Below are positions 49,511 through 59,100 of a stretch of DNA of 64,000 nt, piece after piece. The notes beneath the pieces were generated by a model. The model saw only the letters and a list, made by a program, of their open reading frames with translations. It did not search any database and was not told the origin of the DNA. The stretch comes from Candidatus Marinacidobacterales bacterium. Lineage in GTDB: Bacteria; Acidobacteriota; Vicinamibacteria; Marinacidobacterales; DATDRI01. Position numbers and translations under genes: made by a program. The stretch spans positions 3,872,001 through 3,936,000 of the forward strand of contig OZ245365.1 in NCBI GenBank assembly GCA_965226495.1, in the 5' to 3' direction. Positions within the stretch are counted from its first letter, which is position 1; each line of letters begins with the position of its first letter.

Positions 49511-50524
49511 ATGTCAAAACGCGTAGCCCTTTACCTGCAGGATGCACACCCTCTCGCGGACGGGATCCGATATGTTCAGTATGCCGAAAGCAAAGGGTTC
49601 GAAGCGGTCTGGCAAGCCGAGAGTCGACTCGTCCGCGACGCGATCGTTCCCATGGCCGCCTTTGCGGCGGTGACCTCCCACATTCGCATCGGTTCCGGCG
49701 TCATCAACAACTGGACCCGCAACATCGGACTTCTCGCCGCCACCTACCTCACGCTGGATGATCTAGCGCCGGACCGAATCCTCTGCGGGATCGGAGCCTG
49801 GTGGGATCCGCTGGCCGCCAACACGGGAATCAAACGACGGAAGCCGCTTCTCGCAATGCGGGAGACCATCGAGGTCTTTCGACGCCTCCTCCGTTTGGAG
49901 AACGTCACTTTCGAGGGCGAGTTTCACCAGGTCACGGGGATCGAGCTGGACGTCGTGCACGGACGGCGCGAGCCAAGAAACGTTCCCGTCTATATCGGAG
50001 CGACCGGGGACAAGATGATGGAGCTCGCCGGCGAGATCGCGGACGGTGTGTTACTCAACTACTGCGTGCCACCCGAGTACAACGACCGCGCGATGGAGCT
50101 CTTAGCGAAAGGTGCTCGGCGAGCCGACCGCAGACTCGAGGACCTGGATAGACCGCAACTCATTGTTTGTTCGGTCGATCGCGATCGGACTCGGGCGATT
50201 GAAAGCGCAAAGGAGCTGATCACTCAGTACCTCGCGCAACAACCTCACATCGCGAAGGGCTCGGGAGTCAGTCCATCCACGGTGGAACAGATTCAATCGA
50301 TTCTGGGCTGGCCCGCAACCAAGGAACAAATTAAGAAGGCGATGCACCTTGTTCCCGACGAGCTGGTGCTTCGCATCACCGCGACCGGAACGCCTGAAGA
50401 AGCCCGTACGAAAGTCGAAGAGTACGAGAAGCGAGGGTGCACCTGCCCGGTACTCTATCCACTCGGAGATCCGATACTGATGATGGACACTTTCGGCGTG
50501 GAAGTTGAGGGAAAATCAGGCTGA
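49511..50524 (+). CDS. LLM class flavin/F420-dependent oxidoreductase
   Basis: [42 protein letters not shown] (Mer/luciferase-like). Confidence 0.88.
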   Translation: MSKRVALYLQDAHPLADGIRYVQYAESKGFEAVWQAESRLVRDAIVPMAAFAAVTSHIRIGSGVINNWTRNIGLLAATYLTLDDLAPDRILCGIGAWWDPLAANTGIKRRKPLLAMRETIEVFRRLLRLENVTFEGEFHQVTGIELDVVHGRREPRNVPVYIGATGDKMMELAGEIADGVLLNYCVPPEYNDRAMELLAKGARRADRRLEDLDRPQLIVCSVDRDRTRAIESAKELITQYLAQQPHIAKGSGVSPSTVEQIQSILGWPATKEQIKKAMHLVPDELVLRITATGTPEEARTKVEEYEKRGCTCPVLYPLGDPILMMDTFGVEVEGKSG

Positions 50525-50741
50525 CTCCATTTCCGAGACAGCCCTTGCCTTCATGCTGAAAATATGCTTGAATGTCTCCGTATTCAGCTGGAGATGCTTG
50601 TTCGTAACGCGCCGGTAACGATCGGGTCCATAATCCTTTAAATGCAACCCCCTTTCCGCTCCTTGAGTCGCTCTTGTCGACCTGATCTTCAAAAGAAACC
50701 GTCGTGAAGTCTCCGCTGGGCCAACAGGAGAGGCATGGAAG

Positions 50742-51017
50742 ATGAATATATACGTTGGGAATCTCGCGTTTAGCACTACCGAAGCTGACCTCAAGGAGGC
50801 GTTCGAAAGGTTCGGCCGAGTCGACACCGCCAGCATCATCATGGATCGACACACGAACCAATCTCGTGGATTCGGCTTCGTGGAGATGGCTGATTCCGGT
50901 GAAGCGAAGGCGGCCATCGAGGGTTTGAACGGCACCGACATGCAAGGGCGTTCGCTCCGAGTGAACGAAGCTCGCGACCGGGACGACAAGGGAGAGCGGA
51001 AGCCGCGCCGATTCTAG
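50742..51017 (+). CDS. RRM-type RNA-binding protein
   Basis: RNP2 IYVGNL and RNP1 RGFGFVEM; GRSLRVNEAR. Confidence 0.95.
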   Translation: MNIYVGNLAFSTTEADLKEAFERFGRVDTASIIMDRHTNQSRGFGFVEMADSGEAKAAIEGLNGTDMQGRSLRVNEARDRDDKGERKPRRF

Positions 51018-51087
51018 TCTTAGCAAACTTTACCAGCCCGTTTTCCCACCCTTTTACAAACCAGGACCGGTCGGTTAGGCTCTCCCC

Positions 51088-51897
51088 GTGGAGCAAGGGC
51101 CCAAACCCGCTGGACTCCGTGTCACCGACCTCACTCTTCGCTTCGGCGGCGTGGCCGCCCTCACGGAAATAAACCTCGAGGTGAGGCGAGGCGAGATCCT
51201 CGCCATCATTGGCCCGAACGGCGCCGGAAAAACAAGCCTCCTCAACTGCATCAGCGGACTTTGCCGACCTCAGCAAGGCTCGATTCAGTTCACCGATAGC
51301 GAACGAGCCACACACGAGCTCACCAACAAACGACCACACCAGATCGCTCGCCTCGGCATAGCCCGCTCGTTTCAGAACATCGAGCTATTCCGCCACATGA
51401 CGGTGCTTGAAAACATGATGTTGGGACGCCATGTCCGTATGCGAGGCAACGTGCTGAGTTGCGGGGTCTACTGGCTCCGACAACAGGACGAGGAGATCGC
51501 ACACCGCAAGTACGTCGAAAAGATCATCGACTTCCTCGAAATCGAGACCATCCGTTACCAACCTGTTGGCACCCTGGCCTACGGCCTTCAAAAACGTGTG
51601 GAGCTCGGAAGAGCCTTGGCACTCGGTCCTGACACCCTTCTCCTCGATGAACCGATGGCAGGAATGAACGTGGAAGAAAAGGAAGACATGGCTCGATTCA
51701 TCCTCGACATCAACGAGGAGTGGGGCGTCACCATCGCCCTGATCGAGCACGACATGGGGGTGGTGATGGATCTCTCTAGCCGCTTGGTGGTCCTGGACTT
51801 CGGGCGAAAGATCGCCGAGGGGACCCCCCAACAAGTACGCGAGGACCCGCGTGTGGTGCAAGCCTACCTGGGAGGAGAGTCCCGGAGCGGCACGTGA
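51088..51897 (+). CDS. ABC transporter ATP-binding protein (LivG-like)
   Basis: GPNGAGKT, ARSFQN, LLLDEP, IEHDM, VVQAYLG. Confidence 0.93.
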   Translation: MEQGPKPAGLRVTDLTLRFGGVAALTEINLEVRRGEILAIIGPNGAGKTSLLNCISGLCRPQQGSIQFTDSERATHELTNKRPHQIARLGIARSFQNIELFRHMTVLENMMLGRHVRMRGNVLSCGVYWLRQQDEEIAHRKYVEKIIDFLEIETIRYQPVGTLAYGLQKRVELGRALALGPDTLLLDEPMAGMNVEEKEDMARFILDINEEWGVTIALIEHDMGVVMDLSSRLVVLDFGRKIAEGTPQQVREDPRVVQAYLGGESRSGT

Positions 51898-53786
51898 GCG
51901 ACACCCTTCCCAAGCTGCTTCTAGAAAACGCTCGCCACTCGGGCGAAAAAGTAGCCTTGCGAAAAAAAGAATTTGGCATCTGGCAGACCCTCTCTTGGAA
52001 CGAGTTCCTGGAACGGGTGCGGAATTTCTCCCTCGGACTCGTTCACCTTGGACTCGAACCGGGGGACAAAGTCGCTATCGTCGGCGATAACCGACCGGAG
52101 TGGATCATTGCCGAGCTCGCCACGCAAGCCGCGGGTGGAATATCGATCGGTATCTATCAGGACTCGGTCGCTTCGGAAGTGCAGTACCTGTTGGACGCTT
52201 CCGACGCCCGGTTCATCGTCGCCGAAGACCAGGAGCAGATCGACAAGATTCTCGAGCTATCGGGCCAGTTGCCGAAGATCCAGAAGGTCGTCTACTACGA
52301 CCCTCGGGGGATGAGGAACTATCAAGAGTCGATCCTTCTGCCGTTCTCCAAAGTAGAGGACCTCGGTATCGAGGAAGGAAACACACATCCGGGCCTCTTC
52401 GAAAAAAACGTCGCGAATGTCAAGACGACCGATATCGCGATCTTCTCCACGACATCCGGAACAACGGCCAAGCCGAAACTCGCCATGCTATCTCACGCCA
52501 ACCTAATCAGCATGGGTCGTACGCTACCGATGGTGGATCCGATGAGCCCAGCGGACGAGTTTCTTTCCTTCCTTCCCTTGGCGTGGATCGGCGAACAAAC
52601 CTTCGCGATCGCCTGCGGCCTTTGTGTTGGTTTCACGATCAATTTTCCTGAAGAGCCCGAGACCGTTCAAGAGAATTTACGCGAGATTGGTCCACACACC
52701 ATGTTCTCGCCGCCCAAGATTTGGGAGAACATGGTTTCTCGCATTCAGGTCAAGATGGACGACGCCACCCGGCTCAAGCGAGCCATCTATGACTGGGCGT
52801 TGTCGATCGGATACCGAGCCGCCGATCGCCGTGTTTCCGGGGAAAGCCTGCCCGCATCGTTGCGCTGGCAGTACGCTTTGGCAGAGTATCTGTGTTTTTT
52901 TTGGATCAAGGATAAGCTCGGCCTCCGAAGATTGAAACGCGGCTACACGGGAGGAGCGGCGCTCGGCCCTGACATCTTCCGCTTCTTCCATGCTCTCGGC
53001 GTCAACCTCAAACAGATTTACGGCCAAACAGAGGTCTCGGGCATCTCGGCCCTTCATCGCGACGGCGACATCAAGTTTCAAACCGTGGGCTTGCCCATCC
53101 CCGAGACCGAAATACGGATCGCGGAAAACGGCGAGATCCTGACGAAGAGTGCGCGCGTGTTCTGCGGCTACTACAAAGATCCGGAGGGGACCAAGCAAAC
53201 GCTCGAAGATGGATGGCTCCGCTCGGGAGACGCCGGATACCTCGATGAGACTGGCCACTTGGTAGTCATCGATCGCGCAGCCGACGTCATGACGCTTGCC
53301 GATGGGACCAGGTTCAGCCCGCAGTTCATCGAAAACAAACTCAAGTTCAGCCCCTATATCAAAGAGGCCGTGGTATTCGGCGGCGACTGGCCCTTTGTCA
53401 CCTCTCTCATCACGATCGACTACGAAAACGCCGGCCAATGGGCGGAGAAGAGACGGCTCCCCTACACGACATTTACCGATCTGGCCCAGAAGGATCTCGT
53501 TATCGGCCTAGTACGTCAGCAGGTGGAGCGCACGAACCCGGACCTGCCGAAGGCGGCCCGAATCCGAAGATTCCTGTTGTTGCACAAAGAGCTGGATGCC
53601 GATGATGCGGAGTTGACCCGGACCCGCAAAGTCCGCCGCGGATTCGTCGGCGAGCGATACAAAGAGCTGCTCTCGGCTCTCTACAGTCAAGCCACGTCGG
53701 TCAGCGTCGGAACCACCATCAGCTACCAGGATGGCCGCACTGCAAACATCCAAACCAAGCTCAAAATAGAAACGCTGGAGACCTGA
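51894..53786 (+). CDS. Long-chain acyl-CoA synthetase (AMP-binding)
   Basis: TTSGTTAKPK, YGQTE, GWLRSGDAG, ELTRTRKVRR. Confidence 0.92.
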   Translation: MSDTLPKLLLENARHSGEKVALRKKEFGIWQTLSWNEFLERVRNFSLGLVHLGLEPGDKVAIVGDNRPEWIIAELATQAAGGISIGIYQDSVASEVQYLLDASDARFIVAEDQEQIDKILELSGQLPKIQKVVYYDPRGMRNYQESILLPFSKVEDLGIEEGNTHPGLFEKNVANVKTTDIAIFSTTSGTTAKPKLAMLSHANLISMGRTLPMVDPMSPADEFLSFLPLAWIGEQTFAIACGLCVGFTINFPEEPETVQENLREIGPHTMFSPPKIWENMVSRIQVKMDDATRLKRAIYDWALSIGYRAADRRVSGESLPASLRWQYALAEYLCFFWIKDKLGLRRLKRGYTGGAALGPDIFRFFHALGVNLKQIYGQTEVSGISALHRDGDIKFQTVGLPIPETEIRIAENGEILTKSARVFCGYYKDPEGTKQTLEDGWLRSGDAGYLDETGHLVVIDRAADVMTLADGTRFSPQFIENKLKFSPYIKEAVVFGGDWPFVTSLITIDYENAGQWAEKRRLPYTTFTDLAQKDLVIGLVRQQVERTNPDLPKAARIRRFLLLHKELDADDAELTRTRKVRRGFVGERYKELLSALYSQATSVSVGTTISYQDGRTANIQTKLKIETLET

Positions 53787-54659
53787 GTGGACGTCTTTCT
53801 TCAGCTCACGATCTCGGGACTCAGCAATGGCATGATCTACGCGCTGATCGCGGTAGGATTCGTCATCATCTACAAGTCGAGCGACGTCATCAACTTCGCA
53901 CAGGGCGAGTTCCTTTTACTCGGAGCCTATATCGCGACCGCTTTCATCGCGCAGTTCGGTTTGCCGTGGAGTCTCGGCGTGCTCCTGACTCTCGCCGCGG
54001 CAATTCTGCTCGGACTCCTGGTCGAACGGCTCGTGCTCCGTCCCCTCATCGGCGAGCCCCTGATCTCCATGATCATGGTGACCATCGCCCTATCGGGCGT
54101 CCTGAGAGCGGTCGTCCTTGCGGTGTGGGGCACGAGACCGCGCCCCTTCCCGAATTTCATACCCTCCACGGAGATCGTTGCCGGCTCGATCACGTTGAAC
54201 GCCGACCGGCTGCTGATCATCGGCCTGACCGGTCTCCTCCTTGCTCTGGTGGGCCTTTTCTTTCGCTTCACGAGAGAAGGCATCGCCATGCGAGCGATCG
54301 CCGACGACCAACAAGCCGCGTTGAGTATGGGAATCAGTATCAGCCGCATCCTTGCGGTGGCCTGGGCGATGGCAGCAGTTTGCGCGGCAGTCGGAGGAAT
54401 TCTCCTCGCCAACATCGTGGGCGTCAGCCAAGAGATTAGCGCTATCGGTTTGCGAGTCTTCCCGGTGGTGATTCTAGGCGGGTTGGACTCCATCGCCGGA
54501 GCGATCGTTGGTGGAGCCATCATCGGTCTCCTCGAGACGTACACCGCCGGATACATCGGCCACGGCCTTAATATGGTCGTGCCCTTCATCGTTTTGATTC
54601 TGGTGCTCATGGTGCGCCCGTATGGCCTCTTCGGGCGTGTGAAGATCGAACGAGTTTAG
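53787..54659 (+). CDS. HAAT family ABC permease (LivH-like)
   Basis: YALIAVGF..INFAQGE, MRAIADD, ILGGLDS, RPYGLFG. Confidence 0.92.
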   Translation: MDVFLQLTISGLSNGMIYALIAVGFVIIYKSSDVINFAQGEFLLLGAYIATAFIAQFGLPWSLGVLLTLAAAILLGLLVERLVLRPLIGEPLISMIMVTIALSGVLRAVVLAVWGTRPRPFPNFIPSTEIVAGSITLNADRLLIIGLTGLLLALVGLFFRFTREGIAMRAIADDQQAALSMGISISRILAVAWAMAAVCAAVGGILLANIVGVSQEISAIGLRVFPVVILGGLDSIAGAIVGGAIIGLLETYTAGYIGHGLNMVVPFIVLILVLMVRPYGLFGRVKIERV

Positions 54660-54876
54660 CAGTGAGCGCGCATTGAGGGACGATAGGGTGCGCACAGATT
54701 CACTGCACCCGCGAGCAGAGCGAGCCCGGCCCGAGTGGGCCGACAACGGAAGGCCGAGCGAAGAGCGAGGCCAAGCGCGCGAAGGCAGCCATGAGCCCAT
54801 GCGGAGTCGCCCGTCGACGGAGCATGAGGCGTGGGGGTGGGGCCCCGCGCCACTAATAATAGCGAGCGCGCACTAA
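54660..54876. repeat. Composite REP / MITE-like insertion inside the ABC operon
   Basis: Roughly 215-bp non-coding segment with hairpins GGGTGC..GCACCC, CGGCCC-GAGT-GGGCCG and GGCGTGGGG..CCCCGCGCC, and GAGCGCGCA near both ends. Confidence 0.6.
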
Positions 54877-54884
54877 GACACTCA

Positions 54885-55928
54885 ATGGAATCCGGGATCT
54901 TCTACACGACGTACCCGGCCGACATGGCCTTGAGACGCCGCGTCTTCGAAAGAGTTCGGCTGGCCCTTTTCATCCTTTTTTTGATTGTTTTCCCATTCTT
55001 CGCCACACCCTACGCGCTGAACCTCGCCAACCAGATTGCCATCGCAACCGTGGGTGCCATCGGCCTCAACATTTTGGTTGGCTACACCGGGCAAATCTCG
55101 CTCGGCCAGGGCGCTTTCATGGCCATTGGAGCCTATAGTGCTGGCATCTTCACGGCGCGATTCGGAATACCCTTTTGGCTGAGCATTCCGATAGCGAGCC
55201 TACTCACCGCCGCCATCGGCCTGCTATTCGGTTTGCCGTCGCTTCGCCTCAAGGGACTGTATCTGGCCATCGCGACTCTCGCCGCCCAGCAGATCGTGGA
55301 GTGGACGGTGACGCACTGGACCGGATTGACCGGAGGCACCGAAGCGTTAGTGGTGCCCAAGCCCACGCTGTTCGGGGAGCCCGTCAACAGTGGTTTTCGT
55401 TTTTATTGGATCTCGGCCGGGCTCGCAGGCTTGACCGCACTCTTTACCGCGAATCTCTTCCGATCCCGCGTGGGTCGCGCTTTCGTTGCAATTCGCGATC
55501 AGGACATCGCTGCAGGTGCCCTCGGCGTGAACGTCTTCTACTACAAACTGCTGGCCTTTGCGACGTCTTCTTTTTTCGTCGGAATGGCCGGAGCCTTACT
55601 CGCTCACTACCGCACCATCGTGACGTGGGAGCCCTTCACGCTCGAGACCAGCATCCGCTATCTGGCCATGATCATCATCGGAGGGTTGGGAACGATTGTC
55701 GGTTCTTTTTTCGGCGCGACGTTCATGGTGTTGCTCCCCGCCGCCATCACCACCGTGGGCCGCAGCCTTCAAACCACGGCCCCCGCCGTGGCCAGCCTTC
55801 TGCCGGCCGCCCAGCAAGCAGCCTTCGGGATCGTCATTATCCTCTTCTTGATATTGGAGCCGGCGGGTCTCGCCAAATTGTGGAAGAACGTCAAGAACTA
55901 CTTCCGCGTTTGGCCCTTTTCCTACTGA
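54885..55928 (+). CDS. HAAT family ABC permease (LivM-like)
   Basis: GLNILVGYTGQISLGQ, LRLKGLYLAIATL, GRAFVAIRD, MIIIGGLG. Confidence 0.92.
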   Translation: MESGIFYTTYPADMALRRRVFERVRLALFILFLIVFPFFATPYALNLANQIAIATVGAIGLNILVGYTGQISLGQGAFMAIGAYSAGIFTARFGIPFWLSIPIASLLTAAIGLLFGLPSLRLKGLYLAIATLAAQQIVEWTVTHWTGLTGGTEALVVPKPTLFGEPVNSGFRFYWISAGLAGLTALFTANLFRSRVGRAFVAIRDQDIAAGALGVNVFYYKLLAFATSSFFVGMAGALLAHYRTIVTWEPFTLETSIRYLAMIIIGGLGTIVGSFFGATFMVLLPAAITTVGRSLQTTAPAVASLLPAAQQAAFGIVIILFLILEPAGLAKLWKNVKNYFRVWPFSY

Positions 55929-56186
55929 GAGCTGCAATTTAATTCACTTTGGGGCTAAAAAGCACCACCCGTTCGGCACACGCTAAACATTTCTCCACCC
56001 TCCAGATCACCTGAGTCTGTGGGGATATCCCCGCTCTATCTTTTTCTGGACACTTGCGAGCTGGCTTTCGTTATAATCGGACGCTGATTTCTCACTGCCC
56101 GCATCGGGCACTGCTATGTCTTACCTACCGAGTTCTCGAATACCCGTTCTTTCCGCTGCGCACCGCCATCAGAAAGGAACGCTGTC

Positions 56187-59100
56187 ATGAAACCATCGCT
56201 AGATTGTCGAATCTCCAAGTCTCAAGTGCTCGCTCTCTTACTCACCTTCTTGGTTGGCTGGTCTCATGCAACGGCGCAAACTCGCGAGCGGCGCAACTTC
56301 TACGGCATGCACAACCTGAAGGACGGCGGTACTTCCATCCCCGAGGGCATGAACTGGACCCGGCACATGGTCGGCGAGGGGGGTTGGGTCTTCGACTGGG
56401 TGCGTGGGGACTATGGCAAGTGGGTCGTCGACGCGATGGATCGCGGCCTCATTCCCGTCCTGAGAGTTCAAGATTGCAACGGAGGATGCGATCCAAACGA
56501 CGGGCATCCGGGAAACGTGGCCGCCATCATCCGACAACACCTCGAAACGCATCGCCCCGAATATCTCGACCGACTTGTTTATTTCCAGATCTGGAACGAG
56601 CCGGGAGACTCGCGCGATTTCGTGAGCCCGGCCCGTTATGCCAGTCACCTGGTGGCGGCCTACGACGGGGTCAAGCGAGCCGATGCTAACGACGTTTTCC
56701 GCGTCATGACACCGGGCCAAAATGGCGAAGGGTGGTGGCAAGAAGCGATACGTGCCGTCCCCGCCGTTTGCCAGGCCTTCGATGTTTGGGCCACCCATCC
56801 CTACCCGGAGTCGTACCCTCCTCGCTACAACCACCACGACGGCGTTCCCTTCATCAACCAAGTCAAGACCATCGACAGCTACCTACTCGACCTGGACGTG
56901 GTAGGGCGTGTCTGCGACGAGGTGGGCTCACCCCGGCGGGGCTTTCCGGTCATGATCACAGAGACCATCTACGGAAACCATCTCGGGATCTCGTTCGAGG
57001 GCTACCCCAAAACGACGCGCGGCGCTGCCTGCAGCCCGGATGGACCCTGCGACTTCCAGATGGCGGCCGAGTACAACGTGGCGGCGTTCACTCAGTTTTG
57101 GCACAACTGGCCGGAAGTCCTGGCCGTGCACCCCTTCATCCTCAATAACTTGGCATGGGATCACTTTGCCTTCGTCAGCAAAACGAGTGGCTCGCGCGAC
57201 TCCGATCCGATTCCGCCATGGTGTCCGCCCCAGGATCCCGGAGCTCAGACGTCGTGGCCCCCCGAGTATTCCGAGGGTGCGCAGCGATGTGGACTTCCCG
57301 ACTTCCCCTACCCACAGTACGTCGCACTCCTTCAGACTCCGAAGCCCCTGCCGGCTAGCCTCGAACCGTATCGGGGACCGGTAGGGAGCATCCGCGGGTT
57401 TCTTCGGCGCAGTGACACCGGCGAGCCAGTCAAGTACGGCACGGTCTTCACCGATGGGCGTGAGTTCGGCGGGCCTTCTTTGTTCGACGGTCAGTACGCC
57501 ATCAACGATGTTCCGCCGGGCACATACACCCTAAGCGTCGAGAAAGTAGGCTACCGATCGGAGTCAACCACCGTCACAGTCCAAGAAGGTCAGGAGGCCC
57601 GGGTGGACTTCAATCTTCTCTTCCTGGGGAAAGTGTCCAAGGGTATCTACTTCCAGAACCAAGGCACGTGCAGTGACTGTGATCTCTTTGGCCCCTTTCT
57701 GGGCCAGACGATCACAATTCCGGAGGACGTAGGTTTCATCAAGTTCGTGGCCGGCATGCCCAACGTCGGCAACCTGACAATCAAATTCTCCGTTCTCGAG
57801 GGCGGCCCCTCCGGCCCCCAAGTGGGCCCCTCCGTGACCGCTCCCCTCGAGTGGGGAGGCGAGATGATCGGCGTCGAGTTCCCTGGCGACGGCGTTCCTG
57901 TCGAGCCCGGCCAGACCTATTTCGTCAAGATGGAAAGGACCGACGGGCAAGGCGTCTACATGTATGCTACGGACTCTAATCCCTACCCCGATGGCATCGC
58001 CTACCGCGGAAACGATCCTCTTCCTGGAATCGACCTGTTCGCGACCGTGCGCGGGAACACGGTAGCCATCAACAGCGTGGCGGGTAGTATCGAGGGCCGG
58101 GTCGAGGACGCGGGCAACTTACCTCTCGCCGGCGCCCGCATCTCCACGAATCCCGGCAACCACACCACCACGACCGACAACGGCGGACAGTATCTTTTGA
58201 GTGGGATACCGGCCGGGATCTACCGGGTCACCGCGTCGCTGGCCGGATTCTCGTCCCAGACGGTGGACGACATCCTGGTGGTCGAAAACCAGACCACCAC
58301 CGCGCAGTTCACTCTGGAAAAAGACATCAGCACCGGAGCCGTGACCGGTACAGTTCTGGATCCGACAGGCGCTCCCATTTCCGATGCCACGGTGCAGCTC
58401 CTTCCCGGTGGTCCTTCGAGCGTTACCGACTCCGCCGGAAGCTATTCGCATACCGGACTCGCTCCGGGAACGTATGACATGCGCGCAACCAAGACCGGAT
58501 TCGTGGCTGACGAGCGGAGCGGAGTGCAGATCGTCGGTGGCGAAACGACCAGCGTCAGCTTTCAATTATCGCCCGAGCCGATGCCACCTTTACCCGACAA
58601 TCTCATCGCCAATGGCGACTTCTCTCAGGGACTCGACGGCTGGTCGGTCTGGGTGGAGCGCGGAGATCTGAACCCAACGATCAACGGAGGCGGCACGGTC
58701 CATCTCTCAGCGACTGGACACAACGGCGGTGTGTATCAGACTTTCGAAACCGGTGGAGCCGGGAACACCATCGATGTTTCCGGCTCATGGGCGAGCGAGC
58801 CGACCATCGCCCAAGCGCAGTGGGCCGAGGTCCTCGTCATCAATGGTTCGAATCTCCCCGCGAACGGAGTCGATCTAAATGAAAACACATCCGGGGTCGT
58901 TATGATCTACAAGAACGACACCTGGACCTCGCCCGGCGGATGGTCCGGCGAAATGAATCAAACGGCTCCCGTCAACCAGACGGGTTCGTTCGTGGCGACC
59001 GGCGATGCCGCCACCATTGTGCTCAAGAGCGGGAACCTACTCGGAGTGAGCTCGGGGACCCTGTTCGACGACATCGTAGTCCGTGGTCCTGCCGTCGTTC

